Source: Pseudomonadota bacterium
GTDB taxonomy: Bacteria; Pseudomonadota; Alphaproteobacteria; Elsterales; Elsteraceae
Reading direction: 5' to 3'
Assembly (NCBI GenBank): GCA_016195115.1
Contig: JACQAI010000723.1
Span: 1-32,650 of the forward strand
Length of the DNA: 32,650 bases
The translations under genes were made by a program, and so were the position numbers. Positions 32,477 through 32,650 of this stretch are shown piece by piece; position 1 is the stretch's first letter, and each line of letters opens with the position of its first letter. The notes below the pieces were generated by a model, which was not told where the DNA came from, ran no database searches, and saw only the letters and a list, made by a program, of their open reading frames with translations.

Positions 32477-32650
32477 GTGAGCACCGCAGCGTCCGGCACG
32501 CAGAGGCCGCAGGTCGGCCGGGGCGCCCTGGCCGCGATGGTCGCCAAGCGGATGTTCGGCACCTGGTACGACGCCGCCATTTCGATCGCGTGCCTGGCAA
32601 TTCTGGCTTGGCTGGTGCCTCGGCTGGCCCGCTGGGCGTTCGTCGACGCG
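32477..32650 (+). CDS. aapM: General L-amino-acid ABC transporter permease, 3'-truncated by the window edge
   Basis: GTG 32477 lies 17 nt after the aapQ stop, and the frame stays open to the window end. The segment MFGTWYDAAISIACLAILAWLVPRLARWAFVDA resembles an AapM N-terminus. It is absent from the ORF track because it is short and has no stop. Confidence 0.55.
   Translation, partial: MSTAASGTQRPQVGRGALAAMVAKRMFGTWYDAAISIACLAILAWLVPRLARWAFVDA

Overview
This is a high-GC chromosomal window, apparently alphaproteobacterial (Rhizobiales/Rhodospirillales-like); many long Arg/Gly/Ala-rich antisense shadow ORFs were discarded. I support about 31 protein genes and found no rRNA, tRNA, CRISPR array, transposase or integrase.

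- **1-7.2 kb, nitrate assimilation / NO detoxification:** a 5'-truncated NasS/NrtA-like binding protein, then narK, an Flp-type FAD reductase, the NasC/NasA molybdoenzyme and a single-domain globin. The operon is preceded by a candidate sigma-54 promoter and three tandem AxxGxx-hexaloop hairpins (a candidate ANTAR/NasT leader).
- **7.3-8.8 kb:** an FkbM methyltransferase and a dienelactone-hydrolase lipoprotein, convergent.
- **8.9-21.1 kb, organic-acid-CoA metabolism of unassigned substrate:** an operon of Bug/TctC binding protein, LigI-type amidohydrolase, double-hotdog hydratase and family III CoA-transferase; an orphan TRAP DctP and a second Bug protein; a SYLF-domain protein; and a minus-strand operon of enoyl-CoA hydratase, HMG-CoA-lyase-like enzyme, MmgE/PrpD protein and acyl-CoA synthetase. 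REP-like palindromes punctuate this region.
- **21.3-29.1 kb, lower-GC accessory stretch:** DUF3126, an opine-dehydrogenase-like enzyme, a CgeB-like glycosyltransferase, a PhyH-like dioxygenase, a two-domain SAM methyltransferase, a DUF5681 protein whose ORF runs through REP-like palindromes, a DUF4269 protein and probable gene debris.
- **29.1-32.65 kb:** a class IV aminotransferase and aapJ-aapQ-aapM (aapM truncated at the window edge).

The items most worth follow-up are the triple-hexaloop nas leader, the non-canonical NasC start, the unassigned CoA-dependent acid pathway with three orphan binding proteins, and the opine-DH / glycosyltransferase / dioxygenase / methyltransferase tailoring cluster. 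I did not find a clear-cut novel system. All functional calls come from by-eye motif recognition and need database confirmation.
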